Source: Thermoleophilia bacterium
GTDB lineage: Bacteria > Actinomycetota > Thermoleophilia > BMS3ABIN01
Reading direction: 5' to 3'
NCBI GenBank assembly: GCA_030650885.1
Contig: JAUSDE010000008.1
Location: forward strand, 1 to 37,861
DNA: 37,861 bases
Shown here in pieces: positions 16,823-25,485 of the stretch; position 1 is the stretch's first letter, and each line of letters starts with the position of its first letter. The notes under the pieces were generated by a model, which was given only the letters and a program-made list of their open reading frames with translations, ran no database searches and was not told the origin of the DNA. Position numbers and translations under genes: made by a program.

Positions 16823-18463
16823 TTAAAACCAGTGCCGTAGCCACCACTTCTCGAACAGTACCTTGCCCCAATGCCAGGGGTGCATCGGCGGATAGAGCCG
16901 CACGGCCGGTTCGGGCTCGGCATAGAAGTTGCCACTGGCGATACCAGCTTTCCCGTCTCCCAGCTCCAGCCAGCAGTATCCTTTGCCGTTGAATGTCGCT
17001 GTCGCTGGTTTTCCTTCTATTTCGGCGAGGATACGCTCGGCGACGACCCCGGCCTCGTAATGGGCGAAAACCCCCGCCATGGGAAGGTTCTTGCCGTTGG
17101 CCAGCCTGATACTGTTGACGTCGCCGATGGCGTATACGCCTTCATGCTCCGTCGCCATCGTGTGGGGGTCTGTATGCATCCATCCGGACGAACCGATAAG
17201 CCCGGAGCTGCGCACCACCTCAGGCGCCCGGTGCGGCGGAATGGCAAGAAGCAGGTCTACTTTCTGCGGTTCTCCGCCAGACTTGATGATGGTTCGCTCG
17301 CTGGGATCCATCTTCTCGAAAGTGAACAGCGGATGGTACTGGATGTTGCGCTTGTGCAACACCTTTGTTATAGCTTCCCCCATGGCCGTCCCGGTAACGG
17401 GCATGGGCTGGTGCTCGGGGGTATATATGTGGATCTCCGACCTGTCACGCACGCCCTTTTTGCGCAGGAAGGACTCCACCAGGAGCGCTGCCTCATAAGG
17501 CGCCGCGGGACACTTGAAAGGCATGTCGGTGACCAGCACACCCACTGTGCCGCCGGAAAACGAGTCCAGGGCAGCGTTGATCTTCGCCGTACCCTCCAGG
17601 TCATATAGATTGAGGGCCATCTCGTCAAAACCCTCCACCTCGTCCGGCCTGAGCTGGGCGCCCAGAGAAACGATCAGAAAGTCAAAATCGATTGCCTGCG
17701 ACTTTGTTCTCACCTGCCTGGAGGCGGCATCTATTTCCACGACCTCCTCATTGATAAACTCGACGCCCTTCCGGGTCAGGTCTGAAAGCGGCCGCTGGAT
17801 CTGGTCTGCACGCCGCTGCCCCACGGCATGCCAGAGCAGCGATGACTGGAAAAGGTGATTTGGCGAGCGGTCTATAAGAATGATGCGATCCCTGCCGGAT
17901 AGCTTGCGGCGCAAGTGATGGGCGGCCACCAGCCCGCCGGCACCGCCGCCGAGGATAACGATGTTCGCTCCCAACCCCCGGCCGGCGCGCTGTGGCACCG
18001 CACGGACAGCAGCCTCAGGCTCAGCCTGCGCGTCGGTCGGCTCCTGGAAGAGCTTCTCGACGACAGCGGCAAAGCCCTCCTCTTCAAACTCGCTCTCCCA
18101 CAAGACGACCTTGCCGTCAGACCCTACCAGCAAGGTGTAAGGCACCCAGCCGTTGCTAAGCTTTTTGAATATGGTCCCGTCTTCATCCGGGATCACGTCG
18201 AACGGCAGCTCGTACTCTTCCTTCCACTCCTGGCAGCTTTCGCTGGTTTCAAAGGGCCCCACATATACAACTGAAAGCCCCTTGGACGAGAAGCGCTCAT
18301 ACAGGCGCTTTATGGCGGGAGCCTCCCGCCGGCAGCCCTGTCACTGCCCTTTCCAGAATACGATGAGCAGGCCTCCTGTAGTCGAGGGAGGCAGGCCCAG
18401 TTCGTCAAGCGGAACCAGGGTCCCTTCAGCGACGCCCTTGTTGCCCTCGTCGATAACTTTCAT
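16823..18463 (-). CDS. Thioredoxin-fold (TlpA/redoxin-like, UxxC) domain fused to an FAD-dependent sulfide:quinone-oxidoreductase-like flavoprotein. Candidate selenoprotein with in-frame TGA at 18341-18343
   Basis: ATG 18463 (GGAG 7 nt upstream) opens MKVIDEGNKGVAEGTLVPLDELGLPPSTTGGLLIVFWKGQ-[TGA]-QGCRREAPAIKRLYERFSSKGLSVVYV-GPFETSESCQEW..., continuous with track ORF 16823..18262. Total length is 1641 nt, or 547 codons including stop. The SQR-like part has NIVILGGGAGGLVAAH (FAD fold), FKCPAAPYEAAL, GVYAIGD and KGYCWLELG. Confidence 0.6.
18301..18340 (-). promoter_or_regulatory. Candidate bacterial SECIS-like hairpin immediately 3' of the in-frame UGA
   Basis: mRNA: UGA CAGGGC UGCC GGCGGG-AGGCU-CCCGCC AUAAA GCgCCUG. 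The upper stem is 6-7 bp (18314-18330), starts 10 nt after the UGA and has a G-containing apical loop. A lower stem CAGG(G)C/GC(G)CCUG is possible. Confidence 0.45.
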
Positions 18464-18466
18464 TAG

Positions 18467-18817
18467 CTATCTCCTTTTTTCGCTCAGGCTGGCCACAAAA
18501 TCCTGTTCTACCTGCAGGCCCTCGAGCAAGACTTCCTTCATCGTGTCCATGGCCTTGAAGATTTTCGGGTTGGAAACGGTATAGAACATATTGGTGCCAT
18601 CGCGGCGTGATATAACCATCCCTTTCTGGCGCAGGAACGAAAGGTGCTGCGATACATTGGTCCGCGAGATCTCTGCCAGCGCGGCGATCTCACCTACTGA
18701 TCTTTCGCCGTCGCGCAACAGGTTGAGAATCTCGATCCGCTTGGCGCTTGTCAGCACCTTGCAGATCTCAGCGTGCATTTCATACAGTTTCCGGTTGAGA
18801 TCGTCAGTCATATCCAT
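18467..18817 (-). CDS. ArsR/SmtB-family transcriptional regulator
   Basis: Winged HTH KRIEILNLLRDGERSVGEIAALAEISRTNVSQHLSFLRQKGMVISRRDGTNMFYTV. Its TAG stop (18467-18469) is 3 nt from the downstream ATG (18463). Confidence 0.85.
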   Translation of the reverse strand: MDMTDDLNRKLYEMHAEICKVLTSAKRIEILNLLRDGERSVGEIAALAEISRTNVSQHLSFLRQKGMVISRRDGTNMFYTVSNPKIFKAMDTMKEVLLEGLQVEQDFVASLSEKRR

Positions 18818-18837
18818 TTCCCTTGTTTAGTGCAGAT

Positions 18838-18853
18838 GTTCGCATATATGAAC
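18838..18853. promoter_or_regulatory. Imperfect palindrome, candidate ArsR-type operator
   Basis: GTTCgcATATatGAAC (12 of 16 positions self-complementary) lies 21 nt upstream of the ArsR start, in the divergent intergenic region. Confidence 0.3.
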
Positions 18854-19052
18854 TATATGGCTGATGAGTGGTTTCGTCAACAGCCACACCGTTTCGGCTG
18901 TGGAGCCGGGTGATGACTTTGCCGGGTGGGACAGTTCCGGACGGGGATATTCGTCTCGCGGGCTGAAAATCCTGATATAATTTGTCCTCGCTTGACGCAT
19001 TTACCTGGTCAGGAAACACTTTTCCGGCCGGGAAAGACAATCGGAGCCTTTC

Positions 19053-20030
19053 TTGAAGATCCTTATAACCGGAATAACCGGCTTCGCCGGTAGCCACCTT
19101 TCAAGCTACCTGCGGTCGCTCGACGGCATGGAAGTCGCCGGGCTCGACCTGCGAGCTCCCGATGAGGAGTTTCTTGGACTTTTTTCGGGAGAACCCCCTG
19201 TAGTCCACTGCTGCAATATGGCTGACGCTGGCCCATTGACTGAGATCATCGAGCAGGAAGCCCCCGATGCGGTCGTTCATCTGGCGGCGCGTGCGCAAGT
19301 CGCCGGCGCCTGGCAGGAAGCGCCGGGGATCCTGGAAACGAATATCGTCTGCACCCAGGTTCTGATGCAGGCATTGCACGAGAAAGCTCCCGATGCCCGG
19401 ATGCTCCTGATCAGTTCCAGCGAGGTCTACGGCAAGGTGGACCAGCACAGGCTGCCAGCGGATGAATCCAGCCCCCTTAAGCCTAACAACCCCTACTCAG
19501 TCAGCAAGGTTGCCCAGGAATTCGTCGCCCTGCAATACCACGAAGCTTTCGGCGCCCAGGTTGTCATCGCCCGGCCGTTCAACCATGTGGGCCCCAAGCA
19601 GGTCGGCAATTTCGTGGTGCCTTCTTTCGCGCGCCAGATCGCGGAGATGGAGGCAGGCCTGCGGGAACCGGTCATGAGGGTCGGTAACCTTGAGTCTCAG
19701 CGAGATTTTACCGATGTTCGCGATGTCGTCAGGGCTTATCGCCTGCTGCTGATGGGAGGCAAGAACGGAGAAGCGTATAATATAGCTTCTGGAGTCACTC
19801 ATCCGATCAGTGAGATTCTCGGGAAATTGATCAAACTTTCTACGGTTGAGCCCACTATAGAGAATATACCTGAGCTGATGAGGCCGTCTGACACTCCGGT
19901 GGTAGTCGGCGACGCGGGCAAGCTTAAGGCACTCGGTGAGTGGCAGCCGGTTATCCCGCTCGAGCAAAGCCTTGAGGACGCGCTGAATTACTGGCGCGGC
20001 CAGATAGAGATTTTGGGGGCTTCGGCGTAA
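19053..20030 (+). CDS. rmd: GDP-4-dehydro-6-deoxy-D-mannose reductase-like NAD-dependent epimerase/dehydratase (Rmd-like)
   Basis: [12 protein letters not shown] (Rossmann fold), [19 protein letters not shown] (YxxxK), [24 protein letters not shown]. It sits directly upstream of gmd. TTG start with GGAG 6 nt upstream. Confidence 0.7.
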   Translation: MKILITGITGFAGSHLSSYLRSLDGMEVAGLDLRAPDEEFLGLFSGEPPVVHCCNMADAGPLTEIIEQEAPDAVVHLAARAQVAGAWQEAPGILETNIVCTQVLMQALHEKAPDARMLLISSSEVYGKVDQHRLPADESSPLKPNNPYSVSKVAQEFVALQYHEAFGAQVVIARPFNHVGPKQVGNFVVPSFARQIAEMEAGLREPVMRVGNLESQRDFTDVRDVVRAYRLLLMGGKNGEAYNIASGVTHPISEILGKLIKLSTVEPTIENIPELMRPSDTPVVVGDAGKLKALGEWQPVIPLEQSLEDALNYWRGQIEILGASA

Positions 20031-20049
20031 TCCAACAGGAAGGGAAAAA

Positions 20050-21048
20050 ATGCAAAAATCAGCCTTGATCACAGGCATAACAGGGCAGGACGGCTCTTAC
20101 CTGGCCGAGTTCCTGCTCGAAAAGGGGTACGAAGTATTCGGTATGGTCCGCCGTTCCAGCACGGAAAATTTTGAACGCATCGCCCAGATCCGCGATAAGG
20201 TGACACTGATCCAGGCGGACCTGCTGGACCAGATGTCACTGATCGCAGCCATCAGCGAGTCACAGCCGCACGAGATATATAATCTCGCGGCACAGAGCTT
20301 CGTTCCCACTTCGTGGACCAAGCCCGTGCTGACAGCGCAGTTCACTGCTCTCGGAGTTACCCGGATGCTGGAAGCCATGCGCCACACCAAGAGCGACGCC
20401 CGCTTCTACCAGGCGTCGTCATCGGAGATGTTCGGCAAGGTGGCGGAGGTGCCGCAGACGGAGAACACGCCGTTCCACCCACGCAGCCCTTATGGCGTCG
20501 CCAAGGTGTACGGCCATTTCATCACGGTCAACTACCGCGAGAGCTACGACCTCTATGCCTGCTCGGGTATCCTCTTCAACCATGAATCGCCACGGCGCGG
20601 CTATGAGTTCGTGACCCGCAAGGTCACCGATGCCGTCGCCCGAATCAAGCTGGGCGTGGCCAGCGAGATCCGCATGGGCACCCTCGACGCGAAGCGCGAC
20701 TGGGGATATGCCGAGGATTATGTGCGGATGATGTGGATGATGCTGCAGCAGGATGAGCCGGACGATTATGTCATCTGCTCGGGCGAGACCCATTCAGTCG
20801 AGGAACTGGTGCAAATAGCCTTCGATCACGTGGGTCTGGACTGGAAAGAGTATGTCAAGATCGACCAGCGCTTCGTGCGCCCGGCGGAAGTCGACCTGCT
20901 CATCGGCGATGCGACCAAGGCGAAGGAAAAACTGGGCTGGGTTCCAAAAGTCACCTTCTCGGAGATGATCAAGATGATGATCGAAAACGACCTCAAGATG
21001 GTGCAGGAAGAGATCGACGCGGGGATCCGGGCCAAGAACAGGCACTGA
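20050..21048 (+). CDS. gmd: GDP-mannose 4,6-dehydratase
   Basis: [74 protein letters not shown]. Confidence 0.92.
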   Translation: MQKSALITGITGQDGSYLAEFLLEKGYEVFGMVRRSSTENFERIAQIRDKVTLIQADLLDQMSLIAAISESQPHEIYNLAAQSFVPTSWTKPVLTAQFTALGVTRMLEAMRHTKSDARFYQASSSEMFGKVAEVPQTENTPFHPRSPYGVAKVYGHFITVNYRESYDLYACSGILFNHESPRRGYEFVTRKVTDAVARIKLGVASEIRMGTLDAKRDWGYAEDYVRMMWMMLQQDEPDDYVICSGETHSVEELVQIAFDHVGLDWKEYVKIDQRFVRPAEVDLLIGDATKAKEKLGWVPKVTFSEMIKMMIENDLKMVQEEIDAGIRAKNRH

Positions 21049-21099
21049 GGCGACGGCTGGAGTTAAATAACGCGGAAGTTTATATATCGCCCATCGGAA

Positions 21100-21954
21100 T
21101 TATTTAATATCAGCCTGCTCCAACTCCGTCAGGCGAGCTGCCAACCGTGGCACGATGTCCGTGTCCTGTCTCAGACTCATGCCATCTATATCCCGCACAG
21201 GGCAAACGCCGAGAAGGCTGTTGGTGAGAAACGCCGCATCTTCATCCCGCGCCAGTTCGTAAAGCTTCGGCGCCTTCATCTCGACTTCGATTCCCATATC
21301 TTCGGCAATACCGATCACCTTTTCCCTGGCCACTCCGGCCAGCAGCGGCTCATCCTCACCGGCGGTGAGAAGCCTGCCAGACGCAAGGAAAAAGATATTT
21401 GTGAACGATCCTTCCAGAAGCCGCCCATGGCCGCTTGTGAAAAGTGCCTCCCAGGCTCCCGCCATCGCCGCTTCCCGACGGGCCATGATCGTGGGCAGAA
21501 GGCTGCCTGATTTCAGCGGAGCATACCGGCCCCGGTTGGCGGCAACTGTCACACATTTGACGCCCTCGCTATAAAGGTCTTCGGGATATCCGGGAGATGA
21601 TTCCGCGGTCAGCAGGAGTGTCGGCGTCAGTTCGGGAACCGGATCGACGCCAGCCGAGACTGTCGGCGTTCCCCTTGAAAGCTGGATGCGCAACCGCCCA
21701 TCGCTGACATCGTTGGCCTCAGCCAGAGACAACACCTGGCTCATCAGAGTTTCTTTATCGATGACAGACTCGAAAGCCGCCAGGCCCATGGCCTGCGTCA
21801 GACGCTTAAAATGCTCGGCAAAAAATACCGGCCTGCGGCTAAGGATCTTCAGGGTTTCTATGAGCGAGTCGCCGTAGGCGAAGCCTCGGTCAAAAACCGA
21901 GACGGTGGCGGCTGATTCAGGAACCAGGTTGCCATTGATGATGACGTAGGCCAT
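21100..21954 (-). CDS. pabC: Class IV aminotransferase, aminodeoxychorismate lyase-like
   Basis: FDRGFAYGDSLIETL and the class-IV fold length (284 aa). It starts 5 nt downstream of the pabB stop. Confidence 0.7.
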   Translation of the reverse strand: MAYVIINGNLVPESAATVSVFDRGFAYGDSLIETLKILSRRPVFFAEHFKRLTQAMGLAAFESVIDKETLMSQVLSLAEANDVSDGRLRIQLSRGTPTVSAGVDPVPELTPTLLLTAESSPGYPEDLYSEGVKCVTVAANRGRYAPLKSGSLLPTIMARREAAMAGAWEALFTSGHGRLLEGSFTNIFFLASGRLLTAGEDEPLLAGVAREKVIGIAEDMGIEVEMKAPKLYELARDEDAAFLTNSLLGVCPVRDIDGMSLRQDTDIVPRLAARLTELEQADIK

Positions 21955-21958
21955 TTAG

Positions 21959-23542
21959 TTACGCTTCCGCCGCCAGCGAAGATGGCGAAGTGATCGCCGA
22001 TCCGGTAGCGGTTCCCAGGGCCCTGTTTGCGCCAGGACGCGGCGCACCTCTGGCGGCCGATCTGCGTTTCGCCAGCTCCACCGCCCTGACCATGGCCTCC
22101 GCCTTTCGCAGAGACTCGTGATATTCGCGTTCCGGGTCGGAGTCAGCGACGATGCCGGCGCCGGCCTGCATATAGACGCGGTCGCCGCGGCGCACCAGGG
22201 TTCGGATAATGATGTTCATGTCCATGTCGCCGTTATACCCGATATAGCCGAAGCTGCCGGTGTAGGGGCCCCGGCGTACCGGCTCCAGCTCATCGATGAT
22301 CTCCATGCAACGCACCTTGGGACAACCGGTGATGGTGCCTCCGGGAAACATCGCCCTGAGCAGGTCGACGGCGTCCTTCTTCTCGTGCAACTCACCCTGG
22401 ACGTTGGAAACGATATGGATGACGTGAGAATAAGCCTCGTTGACCATCAGCTCGTTGACACTGACGCTGCCATAATCGCAGACGCGCCCCATATCGTTAC
22501 GCTCAAGGTCGACCAGCATGATGTGCTCGGCGCACTCCTTGGGATCGAGGTTGAGTTCCTGGACGAGGCAGTCGTCCTCGCCGCAGTCGACGCCGCGCCG
22601 CCGGGTGCCGGCGATGGGGCGGGTCTGAGCCTGACGACCCTGCAATTGCACCAGACGTTCGGGTGAAGAGGAGATGATCTGATATCCGTCCAGCTCCAGA
22701 TAGCCGGCGAAGGGTGACGGATTCACGGCTCGCAAGGCATCATAGAGCTCGAGGCTATCGCCGTCATAGTCCAGTTCCAGACGCTGGGACAGGTTGGACT
22801 GGAAGATGTCGCCATCCAGGATATATTCCCTGGCCCGGCGCACCATTTCCTGATAACCGTCGCTGGTCAGGTTCGAGCTGGTGCCGGAACTGAGCTTGAA
22901 TTCGTCTCGACCGATGTCTTCCGGCTGATCCGGAGCACCGACGATCGCCTGACGGCGAAGGGCGCTCTCGACCTCTTCGAGTTCACCGGGCGCAGCGTCT
23001 TCGAATACCAGATGAGCCACGCCGGCTCCATGGTCGTAGCAGATCAGGCGACGGGGGAAGATGATGTCGAAATCCGGGATATCCAGATCGTCGACGGCTA
23101 TGTGCGGCAGAGCCTCGATATAGCGGCCGGCGTCATAGCTGACCAGCCCGAAAGCTCCACCGGTTATGGGAAGGTTCCTGGCCTCGTCCGGGATCAATAA
23201 ATCGTCGGGCGCCAACGACTCCTGGAGCTCTCTTAAAAAAAGGAATGGATCCGAAATCTCGATGAGGGTACCGTCCACTGGCGGTGATTCGTCCGATGGC
23301 AAAACATCCGGCCCACGCAGAGTCGCAGCACCATGCCGGATAGTAACTGAAAGTCGGGGACTCCACGCCAGGAATGAATAGCGGCAGAGGTCGGGGTTGC
23401 CGCCGGCGCTGTCAAGAAGAACGAAGGGACCACTTCCCGGAAGTCCAAGCCTGCGGATCAGGCCGACGGGATTCACAAGTTCGACACTTACCTGCCGGTG
23501 AGAAACCGACCGGGCAGGTGTCAGCAGATCAGAGCCCGGCAA
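21959..23542 (-). CDS. pabB: Aminodeoxychorismate synthase component I (chorismate-binding enzyme)
   Basis: SSSPERLV, IAGTRRRG, LVDLERNDMGRVC, FPGGTITGCPKVRCMEIIDELE, RGPYTGSFGYI. The track start (23653) overlaps the dnaB 3' end by 92 nt, so I placed the start at in-frame TTG 23542. GTG 23476 is an alternative. Confidence 0.8.
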   Translation of the reverse strand: MPGSDLLTPARSVSHRQVSVELVNPVGLIRRLGLPGSGPFVLLDSAGGNPDLCRYSFLAWSPRLSVTIRHGAATLRGPDVLPSDESPPVDGTLIEISDPFLFLRELQESLAPDDLLIPDEARNLPITGGAFGLVSYDAGRYIEALPHIAVDDLDIPDFDIIFPRRLICYDHGAGVAHLVFEDAAPGELEEVESALRRQAIVGAPDQPEDIGRDEFKLSSGTSSNLTSDGYQEMVRRAREYILDGDIFQSNLSQRLELDYDGDSLELYDALRAVNPSPFAGYLELDGYQIISSSPERLVQLQGRQAQTRPIAGTRRRGVDCGEDDCLVQELNLDPKECAEHIMLVDLERNDMGRVCDYGSVSVNELMVNEAYSHVIHIVSNVQGELHEKKDAVDLLRAMFPGGTITGCPKVRCMEIIDELEPVRRGPYTGSFGYIGYNGDMDMNIIIRTLVRRGDRVYMQAGAGIVADSDPEREYHESLRKAEAMVRAVELAKRRSAARGAPRPGANRALGTATGSAITSPSSLAAEA

Positions 23543-23561
23543 TGCTGCCGAAGCCTGGAAC

Positions 23562-24893
23562 TCAGACCCTGGCCGCGCTGCTGAATGAGGTGTACTTGTC
23601 CTGGAATACAAGGTCGATTTTCCCCATTGGCCCATTTCGGTGTTTGGCGACAATTAGCTCTGTGGTGTTCTCTATATGGCCGGACTCGTTTTTCGGCCGG
23701 TAGATGAATAGTACCAGGTCGGCGTCCTGCTCGATGGCGCCGGACTCCCTGAGGTCAGTCAGCACCGGGCGGGGGTTCTCCCGCTTATCCGATGCCCTCG
23801 AAAGCTGCGAAAGCGCCAAAACCGGCACCTTGAGCTCGCGGGCCATGACTTTGAGCGAACGCGAGATCTTGGCGATCTCCTGCTGGCGGTTCTCATAGCG
23901 GCCGTCGGACATCATCAGCTGGAGGTAGTCGATGACAACCAGCCCCACGGCCTGCTCGCTGGCGAGACGCCTGGTCAGCGCCCGGATCTCAAGCATATTG
24001 GTGCCAGGGCTGTCCACGATCGTGATCGGTGCCTTTTCCAGCCGGGCGCAGGCTTCGGTCAGCTTCGACCAGTCATCGGGGCCGACACTGCCAGTGCGCA
24101 GGCGATGGCTGTCGACCCGGCCCTGGGCGCACATCATGCGCTGAGCCAGTTCGGTGTCGCTCATCTCCAGGCTGAAAATGACTACGCGGATGTCTTCCTT
24201 GAGAGCGATATTCTGGGCGATGTCGAGGGCAAGCGATGTCTTGCCCATGGCCGGCCGAGCTGCCAGTATGACCAGGTTTGAAGGCTGCAGCCCGGAGGTT
24301 ATCTTGTCCAGGTCCTGAAAACCGGTAGGGACTCCGGTGATCCGCGTGCCCTTCTCGTGAAGCTTCTCGATCCTCTCGAACTGCTCGGAAAGAAGGTCCT
24401 TCAGGGGCCGCACGTTGCCGCGGATCTGATGCTGTGAGATCTCGAAGACCAGCTTTTCGCTCGTGTCGAGGATCTCCTGGACTTCTCCCGGACGCTCATA
24501 ACCCATTTCCGCGATTCTGTTGCCGACCTGGATCAGCGACCTCAGTATCGAGTTCTCCCGGACGATGGCGGCGTAATGGGCGGCATTGGCAGCGGCTGGA
24601 ACCGTGGAGACCAGGGTATGTATATAAGCCTTGCCGCCGACCTTGTCCAGCACCCCCCTCGCGACGAGGCTCTCAGTTACCGTGATAGGGTCCACAGGAT
24701 CGCCGTTGGCAAAAAGGTCAGTGATAGACCGGTAGATCTCTCGGTGTGAATCGCGGTAGAAATCGGTATCCCGAAGCTTTCCCGCGACTGCAGTGATGGC
24801 CGTGGGAGAGATCATCATGGAGCCGAGCACCGATACTTCCGCCTCCAGGTTCTGGGGAAGAAGTGACGGCGTATGTCTCATCTCTCGAGCCAT
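23562..24893 (-). CDS. dnaB: Replicative DNA helicase DnaB
   Basis: PQNLEAEVSVLGSMM at the N-terminus. Walker A ARPAMGKTSLAL. Walker B LVVIDYLQLM. LSQLSR, and an RNGP motif near the C-terminus. Confidence 0.95.
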   Translation of the reverse strand: MAREMRHTPSLLPQNLEAEVSVLGSMMISPTAITAVAGKLRDTDFYRDSHREIYRSITDLFANGDPVDPITVTESLVARGVLDKVGGKAYIHTLVSTVPAAANAAHYAAIVRENSILRSLIQVGNRIAEMGYERPGEVQEILDTSEKLVFEISQHQIRGNVRPLKDLLSEQFERIEKLHEKGTRITGVPTGFQDLDKITSGLQPSNLVILAARPAMGKTSLALDIAQNIALKEDIRVVIFSLEMSDTELAQRMMCAQGRVDSHRLRTGSVGPDDWSKLTEACARLEKAPITIVDSPGTNMLEIRALTRRLASEQAVGLVVIDYLQLMMSDGRYENRQQEIAKISRSLKVMARELKVPVLALSQLSRASDKRENPRPVLTDLRESGAIEQDADLVLFIYRPKNESGHIENTTELIVAKHRNGPMGKIDLVFQDKYTSFSSAARV

Positions 24894-24948
24894 TGTGAGA
24901 TCCTATTTCATGTTGATGCCGGCATTAAGAACGATCCGGCTAGCATTC

Positions 24949-25404
24949 CTATGCCTGGCCTGCCGCCGCTACGATAACCTTGGCGGTGGCCTTGACTCCG
25001 GTGTTGACTTCGATCTCGACCATGTAGTCGCCGACCTCCTTGATCGGCTCCTCCAGATTGATCTTCTTCTTGTCGATCTTGACGTTCCGGGCCCGGAATA
25101 TCTCCTTGGAGATATCAGCCGCGGTCACAGAGCCGAACAGCTTGCCATCCTCGCCGGCCTGCGCCGTTACAGTCAGAACGGTCTTGCTCAACATCTCCGC
25201 CGTATCTCCGGCGCGTTCGATGTCGCGGACCTTTTTGGTTTCCTCATCCTGCTGGCGCCGCCTTACTTCCTCGATGCGACCGGCCGATGCCTGCTCCGCC
25301 AGCTTGCGCGGCAAAAGGAAATTGCGTGCGTAACCGTCAGATACAGCCACGACCTTGCCTTTGCCGCCCAGTGTTTCAACGTCCTGCAACAATATCACGT
25401 CCAT
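24949..25404 (-). CDS. rplI: 50S ribosomal protein L9
   Basis: MDVILLQDVETLGGKGKVVAVSDGYARNFLLPRKLA is the canonical L9 N-terminus. Confidence 0.95.
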   Translation of the reverse strand: MDVILLQDVETLGGKGKVVAVSDGYARNFLLPRKLAEQASAGRIEEVRRRQQDEETKKVRDIERAGDTAEMLSKTVLTVTAQAGEDGKLFGSVTAADISKEIFRARNVKIDKKKINLEEPIKEVGDYMVEIEVNTGVKATAKVIVAAAGQA

Positions 25405-25485
25405 TTTTTTCCGTCTCCTTTCTTAAAGCAGATCCCGCTATTTACAGCGATTATTTTATAGTGCTATTTGCGTCAATCATCAGTC

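Noticed and set aside
18341-18343. Genome-wide reassignment of TGA (e.g. to Trp or Gly) as the explanation for the in-frame TGA
   Set aside because: Several well-defined genes in the window terminate at TGA at the family-expected C-terminus (UPF0104 16025-16027, YugP, gmd, pstC, DUF62). TGA is therefore a functional stop here. Local Sec recoding or a point-mutation pseudogene are the remaining options.
18804-19097. 97-aa minus-strand ORF across the ArsR/rmd divergent intergenic region
   Set aside because: It overlaps both flanking gene starts and the putative operator, and it has no SD and no motifs. The hairpin CCACACCG-ttt-CGGcTGTGG at about 18883-18903 was noted, but I cannot assign it a function.
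23543-23653. N-terminal extension of pabB overlapping the last 92 nt of dnaB
   Set aside because: A long same-strand overlap with a conserved essential gene is unlikely. The extension is Ser/Thr/Pro-rich with no conservation signal, and in-frame TTG 23542 or GTG 23476 avoid the overlap.
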